This document shows, piece after piece, positions 18,065 to 29,650 of a stretch of 64,000 nt of DNA. The notes under the pieces are model-generated. The model worked only from the letters and a program-made list of their open reading frames with translations, did not search any database and had not been told where the DNA came from. Source of the DNA: an uncultured Bacteroides sp. (GTDB lineage Bacteria; Bacteroidota; Bacteroidia; Bacteroidales; UBA11471). Position numbers and translations under genes: made by a program. The stretch spans positions 2,437,883 through 2,501,882 of the forward strand of contig OZ007034.1 in NCBI GenBank assembly GCA_963931635.1, read 5' to 3'. The stretch's first letter is position 1. The number at the start of each line of letters is the position of its first letter.

Positions 18065-20584
18065 ATGGCGACAGAACAAGATGATAGAATTCTGAAAATT
18101 GATATCGAGAAAGAGATGAAACAATCGTACATCGATTACTCGATGTCGGTCATTGTGGCAAGAGCACTACCTGATGTGCGCGATGGTTTCAAGCCGGTAC
18201 ATCGTCGGGTGCTTTTCGGTATGAATGAATTGGGTAATACCTCTAATAAACCTTATAAAAAATCGGCAAGAATCGTGGGTGAAGTATTGGGAAAATATCA
18301 CCCTCACGGCGATTCATCGGTATATTTTGCCATGGTGCGCATGGGCCAGGACTGGTCGTTGCGCTATCCGCTGGTCGACGGGCAGGGTAACTACGGCTCT
18401 ATCGACGGCGACAGCCCAGCAGCCATGCGTTACACCGAGGCTCGTCTTTCCCGCATAGCAGAAGAAATGCTGCGCGACATCGATAAAGAGACGGTCGATT
18501 TTCAGAAAAACTTTGACGACACGCTCGATGAGCCCGTTGTATTGCCTACACGCATACCCAACCTGTTGATAAACGGAGCCTCGGGTATTGCCGTGGGTAT
18601 GGCTACCAATATGCCTCCACATAACCTGACGGAGACCATCAATGCCATCATTGCCTTTATCGACAATCGCGATATCACCATTGAGGGGCTGATGCAATAC
18701 ATCAAAGCTCCCGATTTTCCCACCGGTGGATATATATATGGATATAACGGTGTCAAGGAGGCCTACGAAACCGGTCGAGGCCGTATTGTCATACGGGCCA
18801 AGGCCGAAATTGAGACCGAAGGAAATCGGGAAAAAATCATTGTTTCGGAGATTCCTTACGGTGTAAACAAAGCCGATTTGATAAAGAATATCGCCGAATT
18901 GGTTGAAGAAAAACGTATAGACGGCATATCCAATGTCAATGACGAGTCGGACCGAGCAGGTATGCGCATCGTTGTCGATGTGAAGAAAGACGCCAATTCA
19001 AATGTCGTCCTCAACAAGTTGTATAAACTTACAGCGCTGCAATCATCGTTCAGCGTAAATAATATTGCCTTGCTCAAAGGTCGCCCCGCAACCCTTAATC
19101 TGAAACAACTCATTGAAGAGTTTTTCAACCATCGCCACGACGTTGTCATACGGCGCACCCGATATGACTTGCGCAAGGCCGAAGAGCGGGCTCACATTCT
19201 CGAAGGTCTCATCATCGCTTGCGACCACATCGACGAGATTGTGCAGATAATTAAAGCTTCGGCCACTCCCGACGAGGCCCGGACTCGCTTGATGGAGCGT
19301 TTCTCACTCTCGGAGATACAGGCCTCGGCCATCGTTGACATGCGGTTGCGGCAGATTACCGGTCTCATGCAAGACAAACTGCACGAAGAGTACGACGCCC
19401 TGATGCGACAAATCGACTTTTTCCACCAGATTCTGTCGGACGAGTCGGTGTGTGTACAGGTGATTAAAGACGAGCTTATCGAAATCAGAGACAAATATGG
19501 TGATGAACGCAAAACTCAGATTATCTACTCATCGGAAGAATTTAATGCCGAAGACTTCTATGCCGATGATGAGATGATAATTACCATATCGCACCTCGGT
19601 TATATCAAGCGTACGCCGCTCTCGGAATTCCGCGCCCAAAACCGTGGCGGAGTAGGAGCCAAGGGCAGCAATACCCGCGACGAAGACTTTATCGAATATA
19701 TCTATCCGGCTTCGATGCACAACTATATGCTCTTTTTCACACAGAAAGGCAAGTGCTTCTGGCTCAAAGTATATGAGATACCCGAAGGTGCGAAAAACTC
19801 GAAAGGTAGAGCCATTCAGAACCTGCTCAATATCGATGCCGATGACAAGGTGAACGCCTTTATCCGGGTGAAGAAATTGCAAGACCCGGAATATAACATG
19901 ACGCACAACCTCATATTCTGTACCAAAAAAGGTGTCATCAAGAAGACCCGTCTCGAAGCCTATTCGCGTCCGCGTGCCAATGGTGTGAACGCCATAACCA
20001 TACGCGAAGACGACCGGGTGATACAGGTACGTCTCACCACCGGCAACAGCGAAATCATCATGGCCAACCGCGAAGGTCGGGCTATCCGCTTCCACGAAAC
20101 TACCGTACGGGAGATGGGCCGCACCGCCACCGGTGTAAAAGGTATGACCCTCGACGAGAATGTCGACGATGCCGTAGTAGGAATGATATGTGTGAACGAC
20201 CCCGAGAAAGAGACTATTATGGTCGTTTCGGAGCAAGGATATGGTAAACGTTCTGAAATAGAAGATTACCGTATTACCAATCGCGGTGGCAAAGGCGTAA
20301 AAACACTCAATATCACACCGAAAACAGGAAAACTCGTTGCCATAAAGAATGTAACCGATGAAAACGACCTTGTAATCATCAATAAGTCGGGCATTACCCT
20401 GCGTCTCAAAGTGGCTGATATTCGGGTGATGGGACGTGCCACGCAAGGAGTGCGTCTAATCAACCTTGAAAAACGAAACGATGAAATTGCCTCGGTCTGC
20501 AAAGTTGCCTCTGAAACAACGGAAATAGAGAATCAGGAGGGAACGACGGACACAATCTCCGAATCAGAAAATGAAATACAATAA
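18065..20584 (+). CDS. gyrA: DNA gyrase subunit A
   Basis: 839 aa with a canonical GyrA N-terminus ([28 protein letters not shown]), active-site AAMRYTE, and C-terminal beta-pinwheel repeats. Confidence 0.98.
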   Translation: MATEQDDRILKIDIEKEMKQSYIDYSMSVIVARALPDVRDGFKPVHRRVLFGMNELGNTSNKPYKKSARIVGEVLGKYHPHGDSSVYFAMVRMGQDWSLRYPLVDGQGNYGSIDGDSPAAMRYTEARLSRIAEEMLRDIDKETVDFQKNFDDTLDEPVVLPTRIPNLLINGASGIAVGMATNMPPHNLTETINAIIAFIDNRDITIEGLMQYIKAPDFPTGGYIYGYNGVKEAYETGRGRIVIRAKAEIETEGNREKIIVSEIPYGVNKADLIKNIAELVEEKRIDGISNVNDESDRAGMRIVVDVKKDANSNVVLNKLYKLTALQSSFSVNNIALLKGRPATLNLKQLIEEFFNHRHDVVIRRTRYDLRKAEERAHILEGLIIACDHIDEIVQIIKASATPDEARTRLMERFSLSEIQASAIVDMRLRQITGLMQDKLHEEYDALMRQIDFFHQILSDESVCVQVIKDELIEIRDKYGDERKTQIIYSSEEFNAEDFYADDEMIITISHLGYIKRTPLSEFRAQNRGGVGAKGSNTRDEDFIEYIYPASMHNYMLFFTQKGKCFWLKVYEIPEGAKNSKGRAIQNLLNIDADDKVNAFIRVKKLQDPEYNMTHNLIFCTKKGVIKKTRLEAYSRPRANGVNAITIREDDRVIQVRLTTGNSEIIMANREGRAIRFHETTVREMGRTATGVKGMTLDENVDDAVVGMICVNDPEKETIMVVSEQGYGKRSEIEDYRITNRGGKGVKTLNITPKTGKLVAIKNVTDENDLVIINKSGITLRLKVADIRVMGRATQGVRLINLEKRNDEIASVCKVASETTEIENQEGTTDTISESENEIQ

Positions 20585-20608
20585 ACTCGAACCTAAAAAA
20601 TCAGAAAG

Positions 20609-21841
20609 ATGAAAAAGATTTTTCTAATGGCTGTGCTTTGCTTAGTAGGAGGTACGGCTTTTGCGCAGAAGAAGAATGTTTCTCGAGCAAATAACGAACT
20701 GAAACAAGAGAAGCCCAACTACGAAGAGGCTCGTCAATTGGTCAAAGAGGCCCGTGAAAATCCTGAGACACAGAATGAACCTCGAACATGGTGGGTGTCG
20801 GCAGAGGTAGAAGATGCCATCTTCCTCCAAAACGACCAAAAACGTGTTACCAACCAGTCGTACGACGAAGTAGCCATGTATAAAGCCTTGGAAGATGAGT
20901 ATGCGTTCTTGCAACAAGCTCTTTACCTGGATTCGCTTCCCAACGCCAAAGGTAAGGTTTCACCCAAATATTCCAAGAAAATCATTCAACGTATACACGA
21001 CCGACACATGAGTTTCTGGGATGCCGCAGTAATCTCCTATAAAAATAAAGATTACAAGAAAGCCTACGAAATGTGGAATACCTATCTGCTTATCCCTGAA
21101 AAATACGGTATCAGTGAAGAGAAAAAGAAACAACTTGAAGAATCGGGTAAGGTGGACAGCACCTATATCTTCGGCCGTTATTATGCAGCTTTGGCCGCAT
21201 ATATTGCCAAAGACTATGACTTGGCTATCCCGGCATTGAATCGGGCCAAAGAAGACGGGTATGACGTGCTTACCATCTATCAATGCTTGAATGAACTGTA
21301 TACCAATCAAAAAGACAGTGCCAATATGTTTGCCATTTCACAGGAAGCCATTGAACGTATGGGTATAACCAAGGATACCGAAAATTTCCTGTTGCAAATG
21401 ATTAACATATACATTGCCAAAAACCAAATAAATGAAGCCATCGCATACCTCGACAAAGCTATTGCCGCCAATCCTCGCCCTGAATATTACAAGGTAAAAG
21501 GTCGCTTGTACGAAGAGGTTAACAATGAAGCAGAAGCCATGGCTTGCTTTGAGAAAGCGCTGGAACTCGATCCCAACATGGCCGATGTATGGAGTGAGAT
21601 GGGCCGTATATACTACAACAAGGCCTACGAAGAGAGCCAGGAGATAAACAAGATCAAAGACGACAAAGAATATTTGAAAGCTCGTGAAGAGCGTATTTTC
21701 CCGCTTTATCGCAAAGCATTGCCTTATTACGAAAAGGCTTACTCAATCGACCCGACAAATGCCGATTGCGTATTTGCCTTGAAAGGTATATACTATACAC
21801 TTGGAATGGAGGATAAACTGAAATCTCTTGAAGGTAAATGA
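20609..21841 (+). CDS. Tetratricopeptide-repeat protein, secreted
   Basis: Signal peptide MKKIFLMAVLCLVGGTAFAQ and multiple TPR-like A/Y/L-patterned helices (e.g. AEAMACFEKALELDPNMADVWSEMGRIYY). Confidence 0.7.
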   Translation: MKKIFLMAVLCLVGGTAFAQKKNVSRANNELKQEKPNYEEARQLVKEARENPETQNEPRTWWVSAEVEDAIFLQNDQKRVTNQSYDEVAMYKALEDEYAFLQQALYLDSLPNAKGKVSPKYSKKIIQRIHDRHMSFWDAAVISYKNKDYKKAYEMWNTYLLIPEKYGISEEKKKQLEESGKVDSTYIFGRYYAALAAYIAKDYDLAIPALNRAKEDGYDVLTIYQCLNELYTNQKDSANMFAISQEAIERMGITKDTENFLLQMINIYIAKNQINEAIAYLDKAIAANPRPEYYKVKGRLYEEVNNEAEAMACFEKALELDPNMADVWSEMGRIYYNKAYEESQEINKIKDDKEYLKAREERIFPLYRKALPYYEKAYSIDPTNADCVFALKGIYYTLGMEDKLKSLEGK

Positions 21842-21936
21842 TCTGAAACCCTAAACTTGAATAATTGAAATAAAGGCACATGGCGAAATGTCTAATAAGT
21901 TGTGTGTCTTTATTTATTACTATTAAAGAAATTGAA

Positions 21937-22587
21937 ATGGAATTTATATTAGACTTTGTCCTGCACATCGACAGATATATGGTGGGAATCGTGAGAGATT
22001 ACCACACATGGACGTATGCCATACTGTTTTTGATTATTTTCTGTGAAACAGGTTTGGTTGTAACCCCATTTTTGCCGGGCGATTCTTTGCTGTTTGTTGC
22101 AGGAGCTATTGCCGCTCAACCGGATATGCCGCTCAATGTTCATATCCTTGCCCTTGTCGTTTTTGCAGCTGCCGTATTGGGGGATTCCTGTAATTATGAA
22201 ATAGGCCGTTTTCTGGGTGCAAAATTGTTCCGCAATCCCAATTCAAAGATATTCAAGCAGCAATATCTTGACAAAACACATGAGTTTTACAAGAAATATG
22301 GAGGAAAGACCATCATCATAGCCCGTTTTGTGCCCATCGTGCGGACATTTGCACCTTTTGTGGCCGGCATGGGTAAGATGCATTATTACTATTTTATTGC
22401 ATTCAATATTATTGGTGGAGCCTTGTGGGTTGCATTGTTTTGTTATGTCGGTTATTTTTTCGGAGATCTCCCGTTTGTTCAACAGAACTTGAAGGTGTTG
22501 ATTGTCGCCATTATTTTCGTCTCATTGTTACCGGCTATTATAGAAGTGCTCCGTGCCAAAATGAAGAACAATAACAAGGCGGCGTAA
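21937..22587 (+). CDS. DedA/VTT-domain family membrane protein
   Basis: ORF 21880..22587 trimmed to the ATG at 21937. DedA signature ([19 protein letters not shown] ... [15 protein letters not shown]). Confidence 0.85.
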   Translation: MEFILDFVLHIDRYMVGIVRDYHTWTYAILFLIIFCETGLVVTPFLPGDSLLFVAGAIAAQPDMPLNVHILALVVFAAAVLGDSCNYEIGRFLGAKLFRNPNSKIFKQQYLDKTHEFYKKYGGKTIIIARFVPIVRTFAPFVAGMGKMHYYYFIAFNIIGGALWVALFCYVGYFFGDLPFVQQNLKVLIVAIIFVSLLPAIIEVLRAKMKNNNKAA

Positions 22588-22633
22588 AAGTATAAGGTTC
22601 ATTCTTATGATATGCATTTTTGATAATCAAGAG

Positions 22634-22670
22634 ATAGGGAATATGTTAATGTATTCCCTATGCGTTTCTT
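22634..22670 (+). terminator. Putative terminator of the DedA gene
   Basis: Perfect 10-bp stem ATAGGGAATA / TATTCCCTAT (22634-22643 / 22652-22661) followed by a weak T-rich tail GCGTTTCTT. Confidence 0.5.
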
Positions 22671-22835
22671 ACTTAACATAATATCAATTATGAGACAATT
22701 AAGAAAAGATAAAACATGGGCTATGCTTACGCAAATTGTGATGCCGATGATTGAATCGATAAAAATCGATTATTGGTTAATGGGCTTTTATCAAACGTGT
22801 CAAACATATTCGCTGGTCATATAATAAAAATAAAT

Positions 22836-22843
22836 TACCTTTG
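22836..22843 (+). promoter_or_regulatory. -7 promoter box (TAnnTTTG) for the methyltransferase gene
   Basis: TACCTTTG within ATTACCTTTGCC. Confidence 0.5.
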
Positions 22844-22886
22844 CCAACAGTGTGGGCTCTTGACATATAAGAATTATTGAGTACAG

Positions 22887-24113
22887 ATGGGAAAATACCC
22901 GTTCAGATTGGAAAATTTAAAAATGAGGCTATCAGAGGATTTTTGGAGATTCGTGAAAGAACATCAGTACGATGATGTTTATCGGTTACGCTTGAAATAT
23001 GGCGGGCACAATGAAGAAATCGATATGGCTATTGAGCAGATTGAGGCCCGGAAAAAAGTTGGCCGTAAGTTGCCCCTGTTTCTCCAACACGAAAGGCTGC
23101 TTTTCCCGTCGGCACTATCGGCCGAGCAATGCTCATCGGAAGACACCGCCGACTACAAACGTCAGCTGGTTGCGGGTCGCTTCCATTCAATTTGTGATCT
23201 GACCGGTGGCTTGGGCATAGATGCCTATTATATGGCAACCGTTGCCAATCGACTTACCTATATAGAACGCTTTGAACAGTACTGCGATGTGGCGCGGTAT
23301 AATTTCGAAACTTTGGAACAAAAGAACATCGATGTTATAAATGCCGACTGTCGGGAATTCCTGGCAAAACCACATCCGACTCATGAATTATATTTTATCG
23401 ATCCGGCCAGGCGTGGAACCGGGAACAAACGGGTCTTCCATTTGTGCGACTGCGAACCCTCTGTCGCCGACATACTTCCACAGGTACGGGCCGAAGGTGC
23501 CTCACTCTTGCTCAAAGCCTCTCCGATGCTTGATGTAAAACAAGTCATCGACGAGTTGGGTCAAGTATGTGAGGTGCATGTACTTTCTGTAAGGAATGAA
23601 TGTAAGGAACTGCTATTGCTTTTGTCTCCAAAAGCGACAGTTGCTCCCCGTATATATTGTGTCAATAAAACCGCAGAGGGTGTGTGGCAGTCCTACTCCT
23701 TCTTTCTGGAAGAAGAGGCACAACTCCCCTCCTCTCCTGCCGCCTTGTTGCAGAAATATCTTTATGAGCCAAACAGTGCAATCATGAAAGCCGGGGCATT
23801 CAAATCGGTAGCTCATAGTTTTGACGTCGATAAACTGGCCGTGAGTAGCCATCTCTATACTTCCGACCGCCTTGTGGCAGATTTCCCCGGCCGCATGTTC
23901 GAAATTTTGGAAGCCATACCCTTTTCCAAATCGTCGCTGAAAGAGGCTATCGGCAAATACCCCAAAGCCAATGTTGCGGTGCGAAACTTTCCACTCTCTG
24001 TCGAAGAGCTATGTCGCAAGGGCCACATCAAAGATGGAGGCGACATCTACCTCTTTGCCACGACAGTTGGCTCAGAGAAGATGTTGATTTACAGCAGAAA
24101 GGTTAGCGTTTGA
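22887..24113 (+). CDS. Class I SAM-dependent methyltransferase (THUMP-like C-terminal region)
   Basis: SAM motif I ([14 protein letters not shown]). The start may be the ATG at 22923 ([14 protein letters not shown]...). The 3' end overlaps convergent smpB by 11 nt. Confidence 0.7.
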   Translation: MGKYPFRLENLKMRLSEDFWRFVKEHQYDDVYRLRLKYGGHNEEIDMAIEQIEARKKVGRKLPLFLQHERLLFPSALSAEQCSSEDTADYKRQLVAGRFHSICDLTGGLGIDAYYMATVANRLTYIERFEQYCDVARYNFETLEQKNIDVINADCREFLAKPHPTHELYFIDPARRGTGNKRVFHLCDCEPSVADILPQVRAEGASLLLKASPMLDVKQVIDELGQVCEVHVLSVRNECKELLLLLSPKATVAPRIYCVNKTAEGVWQSYSFFLEEEAQLPSSPAALLQKYLYEPNSAIMKAGAFKSVAHSFDVDKLAVSSHLYTSDRLVADFPGRMFEILEAIPFSKSSLKEAIGKYPKANVAVRNFPLSVEELCRKGHIKDGGDIYLFATTVGSEKMLIYSRKVSV

Positions 24114-24555
24114 ATGCCCGGTCGATTTGTCGTTTATCTTCCCTCTCCTTAATCGATTCACGCTTGTCGTAGATTTTCTTTCCCTTAGCCACGGCTATGA
24201 CCAGTTTTGCCAACCCTTTGTCGTTGATAAACAGCCGAATAGGAATTATGGAGAATCCCGATTCCTTCGACATTTTCTGTATTTTGTCCAGTTCTTTGGC
24301 TGTAAGCAGCAATTTGCGGTCGCGACGAGTTGAATGATTATTGTAGGTGCCGTAGAAATATTCGGAGATATACATATTTTTCACCCACAACTCCCCATTG
24401 TTGAAGAAACAGAATGTGTCGGAAAGACCGGCTTTGCCCAGTCGTATCGATTTTATTTCGGTCCCGGTAAGAACAATGCCGGCTGTATAGGTATCGAGCA
24501 ATTCATAATCGAATGTTGCCCGACGGTTTTTTATATTAACAGGTGCAAGTTTCAT
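24103..24555 (-). CDS. smpB: SsrA-binding protein SmpB
   Basis: 150 aa with a canonical SmpB sequence ([27 protein letters not shown]...). Confidence 0.95.
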   Translation of the reverse strand: MKLAPVNIKNRRATFDYELLDTYTAGIVLTGTEIKSIRLGKAGLSDTFCFFNNGELWVKNMYISEYFYGTYNNHSTRRDRKLLLTAKELDKIQKMSKESGFSIIPIRLFINDKGLAKLVIAVAKGKKIYDKRESIKEREDKRQIDRAFKR

Positions 24556-24565
24556 AATCGTAATT

Positions 24566-25138
24566 TTATCGGTTCATACCCGGCATCATCAAGAAGAGAA
24601 TGCGTTCAATAACAATGGGAGTAACAAGGACTACAATCGTTGATACAAGTGTAAATATTTTCTGTTTAGAGTCATCTATTAGCAGAAAATATTTTGCTCC
24701 CATCCATATATAATAAAACAGAGCCAAGCTTGCATATTCCAAGAAAGAGAATCCTTCGGGCAGAATATTTACAACAATATCGACCATCATGTATAAAACC
24801 AATATCGAGCCTACATACCGTTCAATATCTTCTTTCCCGTTTTTTTGAGAAAAATGCGGCAAAACCTCTTTGAGGACGAACGACAGGAAATAAAATCCGA
24901 TAAAGAATTTAACAAATTCTACGATGGCAATCCGTAGGATGTGTTCCAGATTATCGGCATTAAATTCTTTGCCGAACAGATAGGCAAAACAAGACAAAGC
25001 CGTTACTCCCATCACTGGGAAAAGGATGCGACTGAAAAAGAGTGCATGAGCCGCTTCTTCTTGCTCTCTCATTTTTTGCCAAGCGGTAGATGGACGCGTT
25101 ATGAGCAGATAAATGCGTGAAATTATCTCTTTAAACAT
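24566..25138 (-). CDS. Yip1-like integral membrane protein
   Basis: ORF trimmed to the ATG at 25138 ([23 protein letters not shown]...), with five hydrophobic segments. The family call is tentative. Confidence 0.55.
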   Translation of the reverse strand: MFKEIISRIYLLITRPSTAWQKMREQEEAAHALFFSRILFPVMGVTALSCFAYLFGKEFNADNLEHILRIAIVEFVKFFIGFYFLSFVLKEVLPHFSQKNGKEDIERYVGSILVLYMMVDIVVNILPEGFSFLEYASLALFYYIWMGAKYFLLIDDSKQKIFTLVSTIVVLVTPIVIERILFLMMPGMNR

Positions 25139-25163
25139 GGAATCATCATCTTTTATATAGGAG

Positions 25164-25171
25164 CAAAAATA
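25164..25171 (-). promoter_or_regulatory. -7 promoter box (TAnnTTTG) for the Yip1-like/smpB pair
   Basis: Minus-strand TATTTTTG, 26 nt upstream of the ATG at 25138. Confidence 0.4.
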
Positions 25172-25484
25172 CGAAAAAAACAAGCACGAGGAAATTCATC
25201 TCCTAGATTTCATTTTTCTTTAATATATTTTGAAATTTTATTTTTTATTGAGAACTATTGGCCATAAAACAATGTTAATAAAAAATAGAAGACAGTTTAG
25301 TATGCCTGTTAACAAGAATTGTCTATCACTTCCATAAACCTTATGGGCGGCTGTGGAATATTTTTCTATACGGAAGCGAGGGTATTTATGGGGAACACAT
25401 TTGTACGTGATTCTAATTTGCAATTTTATAAGTTGCAAGGGAGAAGAAGATGTGTAAAAATTAAGTCTATAGAAAATATCAAAA

Positions 25485-26036
25485 ATGAAGAATCAAGAAG
25501 ACGTATGGTTACCACTACAAACTCTTTATAATAGAGAACTCCTAATTGCGCAATGTCTCCAAGAACAACAAATAGCGTATTATATACCCATGATGTACAA
25601 GCTACAAGACTCGAGAATAGATTCTGCACGCTGTGAACCCGTCATGGTACCCGCCATTCACAATTTATTGTTTGTGCGTCATGCGTACGACAAGGAATGG
25701 TGTAAAAGCTTAATGAAGAGTCTCCCACACCCTATCTACTTCTTAAAAAAAGAACGAAAGGGTGATGATTACTGTATCGTCCCTGAGAAAGAGATGCAAA
25801 ATTTTATTCGAGCTACCGACCCTTCCATTCAAGGAACCCGTTTTATTGATCCACAAAAACTTAAAGATAAGAAAATTACCGCTGTGCGGATTATCAAGCC
25901 AGGGCCCCTGTATGGAATAACCGGAAAATTCCTCCGCTATGGAGGTCGACACTATATAGCCATAGAAGTAAGCGGAAGCACGGCTTTACTGAAAGTAAGT
26001 TATACGTGGTGTGAAGAGCTTGCTACAGAAAAATAG
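25485..26036 (+). CDS. upxY: UpxY-family (NusG/RfaH-like) transcription antiterminator, first gene of CPS operon
   Basis: 183 aa with an NGN-like N-terminus (WLPLQTLYNRELLIAQCLQEQQIAYYIPM ... PAIHNLLFV). Its position at the head of the polysaccharide locus supports the call. Confidence 0.85.
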   Translation: MKNQEDVWLPLQTLYNRELLIAQCLQEQQIAYYIPMMYKLQDSRIDSARCEPVMVPAIHNLLFVRHAYDKEWCKSLMKSLPHPIYFLKKERKGDDYCIVPEKEMQNFIRATDPSIQGTRFIDPQKLKDKKITAVRIIKPGPLYGITGKFLRYGGRHYIAIEVSGSTALLKVSYTWCEELATEK

Positions 26037-26073
26037 AATAGTATTACAATCTTGAAAACATAAAAGTCAATCA

Positions 26074-28467
26074 ATGAAAAAAATTTTCATTCAAACGTTG
26101 TCTATCATTTTGTTGGGAGTTATATACAATAACCCTCTTCATGCCCAATCTATGAGTGATACACAAGTATTGGAATATGTAAAACAAGGACTGCAAGAGG
26201 GCAAAGATCAGCGAGTGCTAGCCTCGGAATTGGCTCGAAAAGGCGTTACCGAAGAGCAGGCCAGGCGAGTAAAACAGTTGTATGACCAACAGAATAATGC
26301 CTCAAGCGACCAGATATCGGGTACGGCACAAGCAGAGATTCGTCTGCGCGAGCAAGTAAGCGATGACAATTCGGCGGTGATGCCCAATCAGGAAAAAGCC
26401 GAAGATGTTGCCAAAGAGAACCAAGTTTATGGCCGTAATATCTTTAATACAAGAAATTTGACCTTTGAGCCAAGTGTCAATATTGCTACGCCCCTCAATT
26501 ACCGTCTGGGCCCGGGCGATGAAGTAATCATTGACATATGGGGGGCCAGTCAGAATACCATACGACAACAAATTTCTCCTGATGGCACCATTAACATTGT
26601 AGACATAGGTCCACTCTATCTGAGTGGCATGACCATCAATGAGTCGCAACAGTATCTGACCCGGGAGTTGCGTCGTATTTATTCCGACGAGAATAATCAG
26701 ATAAGGGTAACTCTTGGAAACACGCGCACCATACAAATCAATGTTATGGGCGAGGTTGTTCAACCAGGCACTTATGCCCTGTCGTCGTTCTCTACCGTGT
26801 TTCATGCCTTGTATCGAGCCGGCGGTGTCAATGATATCGGTAGCTTGCGTGAGGTACAACTGGTACGCAACGGGAAAAAGGTAGCTACAATCGATGTGTA
26901 TGATTTTATCATGAAGGGTAAGAACCAAGACGACATCCGCCTGGAAGAAGGCGATGTCATCATTGTCCCGCCTTATGAATCGTTGGTGCAAATATCGGGG
27001 AATGTAAAACGGCCCATGCGGTATGAAATGAAAAAAGGCGAAACGTTGGCCACATTGATAGAATATGCCGGCGGATTTACCAGTGATGCCTATACCCAGA
27101 ATCTTCGATTGGTGCGTCAGAACGGAAAGGAATATCAGGTCAATACCATTGATGACAAGGATTATGCCTCTTATAAACTGACCGATGGCGATGTCGTAAC
27201 AGCCGAGGCCATACTTGACCGTTTCACCAATAAGCTTGAAATTCGCGGAGCCGTATATCGTCCCGGTATTTATGAGTTGAACGATGATGTAAATACGGTA
27301 AAAACGCTTATTGCCAGGGCTGACAGTTTGACAGCCGATGCTTTTACCGCCAGAGCCGTCATATACCGTCTGCGCGATAACATGACCCGAGAAGTGATTT
27401 CTGTCGATGTAGCAGCGCTCATGAACGGAGCGATTCCCGACATTCCCTTGCAACGCAACGATGTGCTCTTCATACCCAGTATCCATGACATAACCGATAT
27501 GGGCGATGTGCAGATTGCCGGAGAGGTCATGCACCCCGGCACGTTCCCCTATGCCGACAACATGACCCTCGAAGATCTGGTGATTGCTGCCGGAGGACTG
27601 CGAGAAGCCGCTTCATTGGTGCGTGTCGACATCTCCCGCCGTATCAAGAACCCGACCAGTACCGACGATACGAGAGAGATTGGCGAGATGTTCACATTTG
27701 CCCTCAAAGACGGCTTTATCGTCGATGGTGAACCGGGCTTTGTGCTGCAACCCTACGACTATGTCTTTGTGCGTCGCAGCCCGGCCTACAGCGAACAGAA
27801 AAACGTTGTTATCAATGGCGAAGTCCTTTATGGCGGCACCTATACATTGACCTCGAAAGACGAACGCATCAGCGACCTCGTCAAGAAAGCCGGCGGTATC
27901 ACCCAGTTTGCCTATGTGCGGGGAGCCAAACTGGTACGTAGGGCCAATCAAGACGAGTTGAAACGCATGCAAGATGCCGTATCATTGTTGCAACACCAGA
28001 TGGGTGCCGGGAAGGTTGATTCTCTGGGAATCAAGGTAGAACCTACATTTTCCGTAGGTATAGACCTTGAAGCGGCTCTGAAAAATCCCGGCGGCGATGC
28101 CGATATCGTATTGAGAGAAGGCGATGTCATCAGCGTGCCTGAATACAACAATACGGTGCGGATAAACGGTGCCGTGATGCAACCCAATGTTGTATCGTAC
28201 AAGGCCGGAGAGGATGTCAAATATTATATTGCGCAGGCCGGCGGATATAACCAGACTGCCAAGAAAAACAAAAAATACATTATCTACATGAACGGGCAGA
28301 TTGCTCTGGTGAAAGGTCGTGGCAAGAATCTGATTGAGCCCGGGTGCGAAATCATTGTACCCAACAAACGTCCGCGCCAAGCCAACTGGGGTAATATCCT
28401 CACCTCTCTGTCGGCTGTAACCTCCATCGGAACGATGGCTGCTACCATTGCCAACTTAGCTAAATAA
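26074..28467 (+). CDS. wza: Polysaccharide export outer-membrane protein (Wza/BexD-like, multiple SLBB domains)
   Basis: 797 aa with a signal peptide, the Poly_export motif (YRLGPGDEVIIDIWG), and repeated SLBB-type segments. Confidence 0.85.
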   Translation: MKKIFIQTLSIILLGVIYNNPLHAQSMSDTQVLEYVKQGLQEGKDQRVLASELARKGVTEEQARRVKQLYDQQNNASSDQISGTAQAEIRLREQVSDDNSAVMPNQEKAEDVAKENQVYGRNIFNTRNLTFEPSVNIATPLNYRLGPGDEVIIDIWGASQNTIRQQISPDGTINIVDIGPLYLSGMTINESQQYLTRELRRIYSDENNQIRVTLGNTRTIQINVMGEVVQPGTYALSSFSTVFHALYRAGGVNDIGSLREVQLVRNGKKVATIDVYDFIMKGKNQDDIRLEEGDVIIVPPYESLVQISGNVKRPMRYEMKKGETLATLIEYAGGFTSDAYTQNLRLVRQNGKEYQVNTIDDKDYASYKLTDGDVVTAEAILDRFTNKLEIRGAVYRPGIYELNDDVNTVKTLIARADSLTADAFTARAVIYRLRDNMTREVISVDVAALMNGAIPDIPLQRNDVLFIPSIHDITDMGDVQIAGEVMHPGTFPYADNMTLEDLVIAAGGLREAASLVRVDISRRIKNPTSTDDTREIGEMFTFALKDGFIVDGEPGFVLQPYDYVFVRRSPAYSEQKNVVINGEVLYGGTYTLTSKDERISDLVKKAGGITQFAYVRGAKLVRRANQDELKRMQDAVSLLQHQMGAGKVDSLGIKVEPTFSVGIDLEAALKNPGGDADIVLREGDVISVPEYNNTVRINGAVMQPNVVSYKAGEDVKYYIAQAGGYNQTAKKNKKYIIYMNGQIALVKGRGKNLIEPGCEIIVPNKRPRQANWGNILTSLSAVTSIGTMAATIANLAK

Positions 28468-28489
28468 TTTCACAATTAGAGTAAATCGT

Positions 28490-29605
28490 ATGTCAGAAAA
28501 AGAAATATATACTGCCCCCGAAACAAAATCGTCGGACCCCGATGAAGTTGAAATCGACTGGATGGGTTATCTGCGCAAACTGATAGCGGCACGTAAAGTC
28601 CTCCTATGGGCTGTCGTTGTGGGTGCCGTGTTGGGTGTAGTTGTTGCATTCAGCATACCCAAAGAATATACCGTCAACGTAACACTGGTACCCGAAATAG
28701 ATGGCGACAGTAAATCATCTGGAGGTCTGGCCAGCCTTGCCTCTTCGTTTTTAGGAGGAGGAGCCGTCAGCGCCGGAGGCGATGCCTTGAATACCACCCT
28801 ATCGGCTGACATTGTAGCCTCTACCCCATTTGTCTTGGAATTGTTTGATGTGCGGGTGCAGACACTCGACAACAGACTCGACACAACATTTGTTGCCTAC
28901 CTCGACGAACAGAAATCACCGTGGTGGAATGCCGTTTTGGGCCTTCCCGGGAAAGCATTGGGCTGGGTAAAATCTCTGTTTACCGACAAGACCGATTCTG
29001 CGGTAATGAGTATGCGCAATCCTTTCCAACTCTCCCAGGAAGAGTTTCAGAAAATATCTACAATAAGAAGTTCTGTGGTTGCCAATGTTGATACCAAGAC
29101 GGCAATTACAACCCTGTCGGTAACCTTGCAAGACCCCAAGGTAGCCGCTCTCATTGCCGACTCGGTGGTACAAAAATTGCAAACCTACTATATCGGATAC
29201 CGCATATCCAAAGCCGAGAGCCAATATGCCTATCTGTCGAAACTGTATGACAACAGCAAAGAAGAGTATTATGCTCTGCAAAAAAAACTGGCCATGTTTT
29301 CCGACGCCAACCGGAACCTATCTCTGCAACGGGTAGAGATAGAACGCGAGCGGTTACGTAACGAAGTGGGCCTGGCCTACCAGATATACAGCCAGGTGGC
29401 CACCCAGTTGCAGATGACACGAGCCAAGATACAGGAGACCAAACCCTGCTTCATTGTGTTGGAACCCCCAACGGTCCCTCTCCTACCTTCGGGAACAGGT
29501 CGTAAAACAATTCTCATAGCTTTTGTTTTTGTTGCTGTTGTATTGACGGCAGGCTGGAAACTCCTTGGCGAAGATTTAGTAAAGAATTTAAAAAAAACAT
29601 TCTAA
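28490..29605 (+). CDS. wzz: Chain-length determinant protein (Wzz family)
   Basis: N-terminal (DEVEIDWMGYLRKLIAARKVLLWAVVVGAVLG) and C-terminal TM helices flank a coiled-coil region. Confidence 0.8.
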   Translation: MSEKEIYTAPETKSSDPDEVEIDWMGYLRKLIAARKVLLWAVVVGAVLGVVVAFSIPKEYTVNVTLVPEIDGDSKSSGGLASLASSFLGGGAVSAGGDALNTTLSADIVASTPFVLELFDVRVQTLDNRLDTTFVAYLDEQKSPWWNAVLGLPGKALGWVKSLFTDKTDSAVMSMRNPFQLSQEEFQKISTIRSSVVANVDTKTAITTLSVTLQDPKVAALIADSVVQKLQTYYIGYRISKAESQYAYLSKLYDNSKEEYYALQKKLAMFSDANRNLSLQRVEIERERLRNEVGLAYQIYSQVATQLQMTRAKIQETKPCFIVLEPPTVPLLPSGTGRKTILIAFVFVAVVLTAGWKLLGEDLVKNLKKTF

Positions 29606-29650
29606 AAGAACATTTATAAATCATTTATTTATAGGCATATATCACAAATC

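Noticed and set aside
22690-22824. 44-codon ORF (MRQLRKDKTWAMLTQIVMPMIESIKIDYWLMGFYQTCQTYSLVI) between the DedA and methyltransferase genes.
   Set aside because: There is no promoter box upstream, since it sits right after the DedA terminator. It overlaps the region just upstream of the methyltransferase promoter and has no recognisable motif.
24556-25484. tmRNA (ssrA) or tRNA genes next to smpB, and tRNAs in other spacers.
   Set aside because: I saw no tRNA-like acceptor or T-arm (GGTTCGAATCC-type) sequences, and no tmRNA tag-reading-frame features, in any intergenic region of the window.
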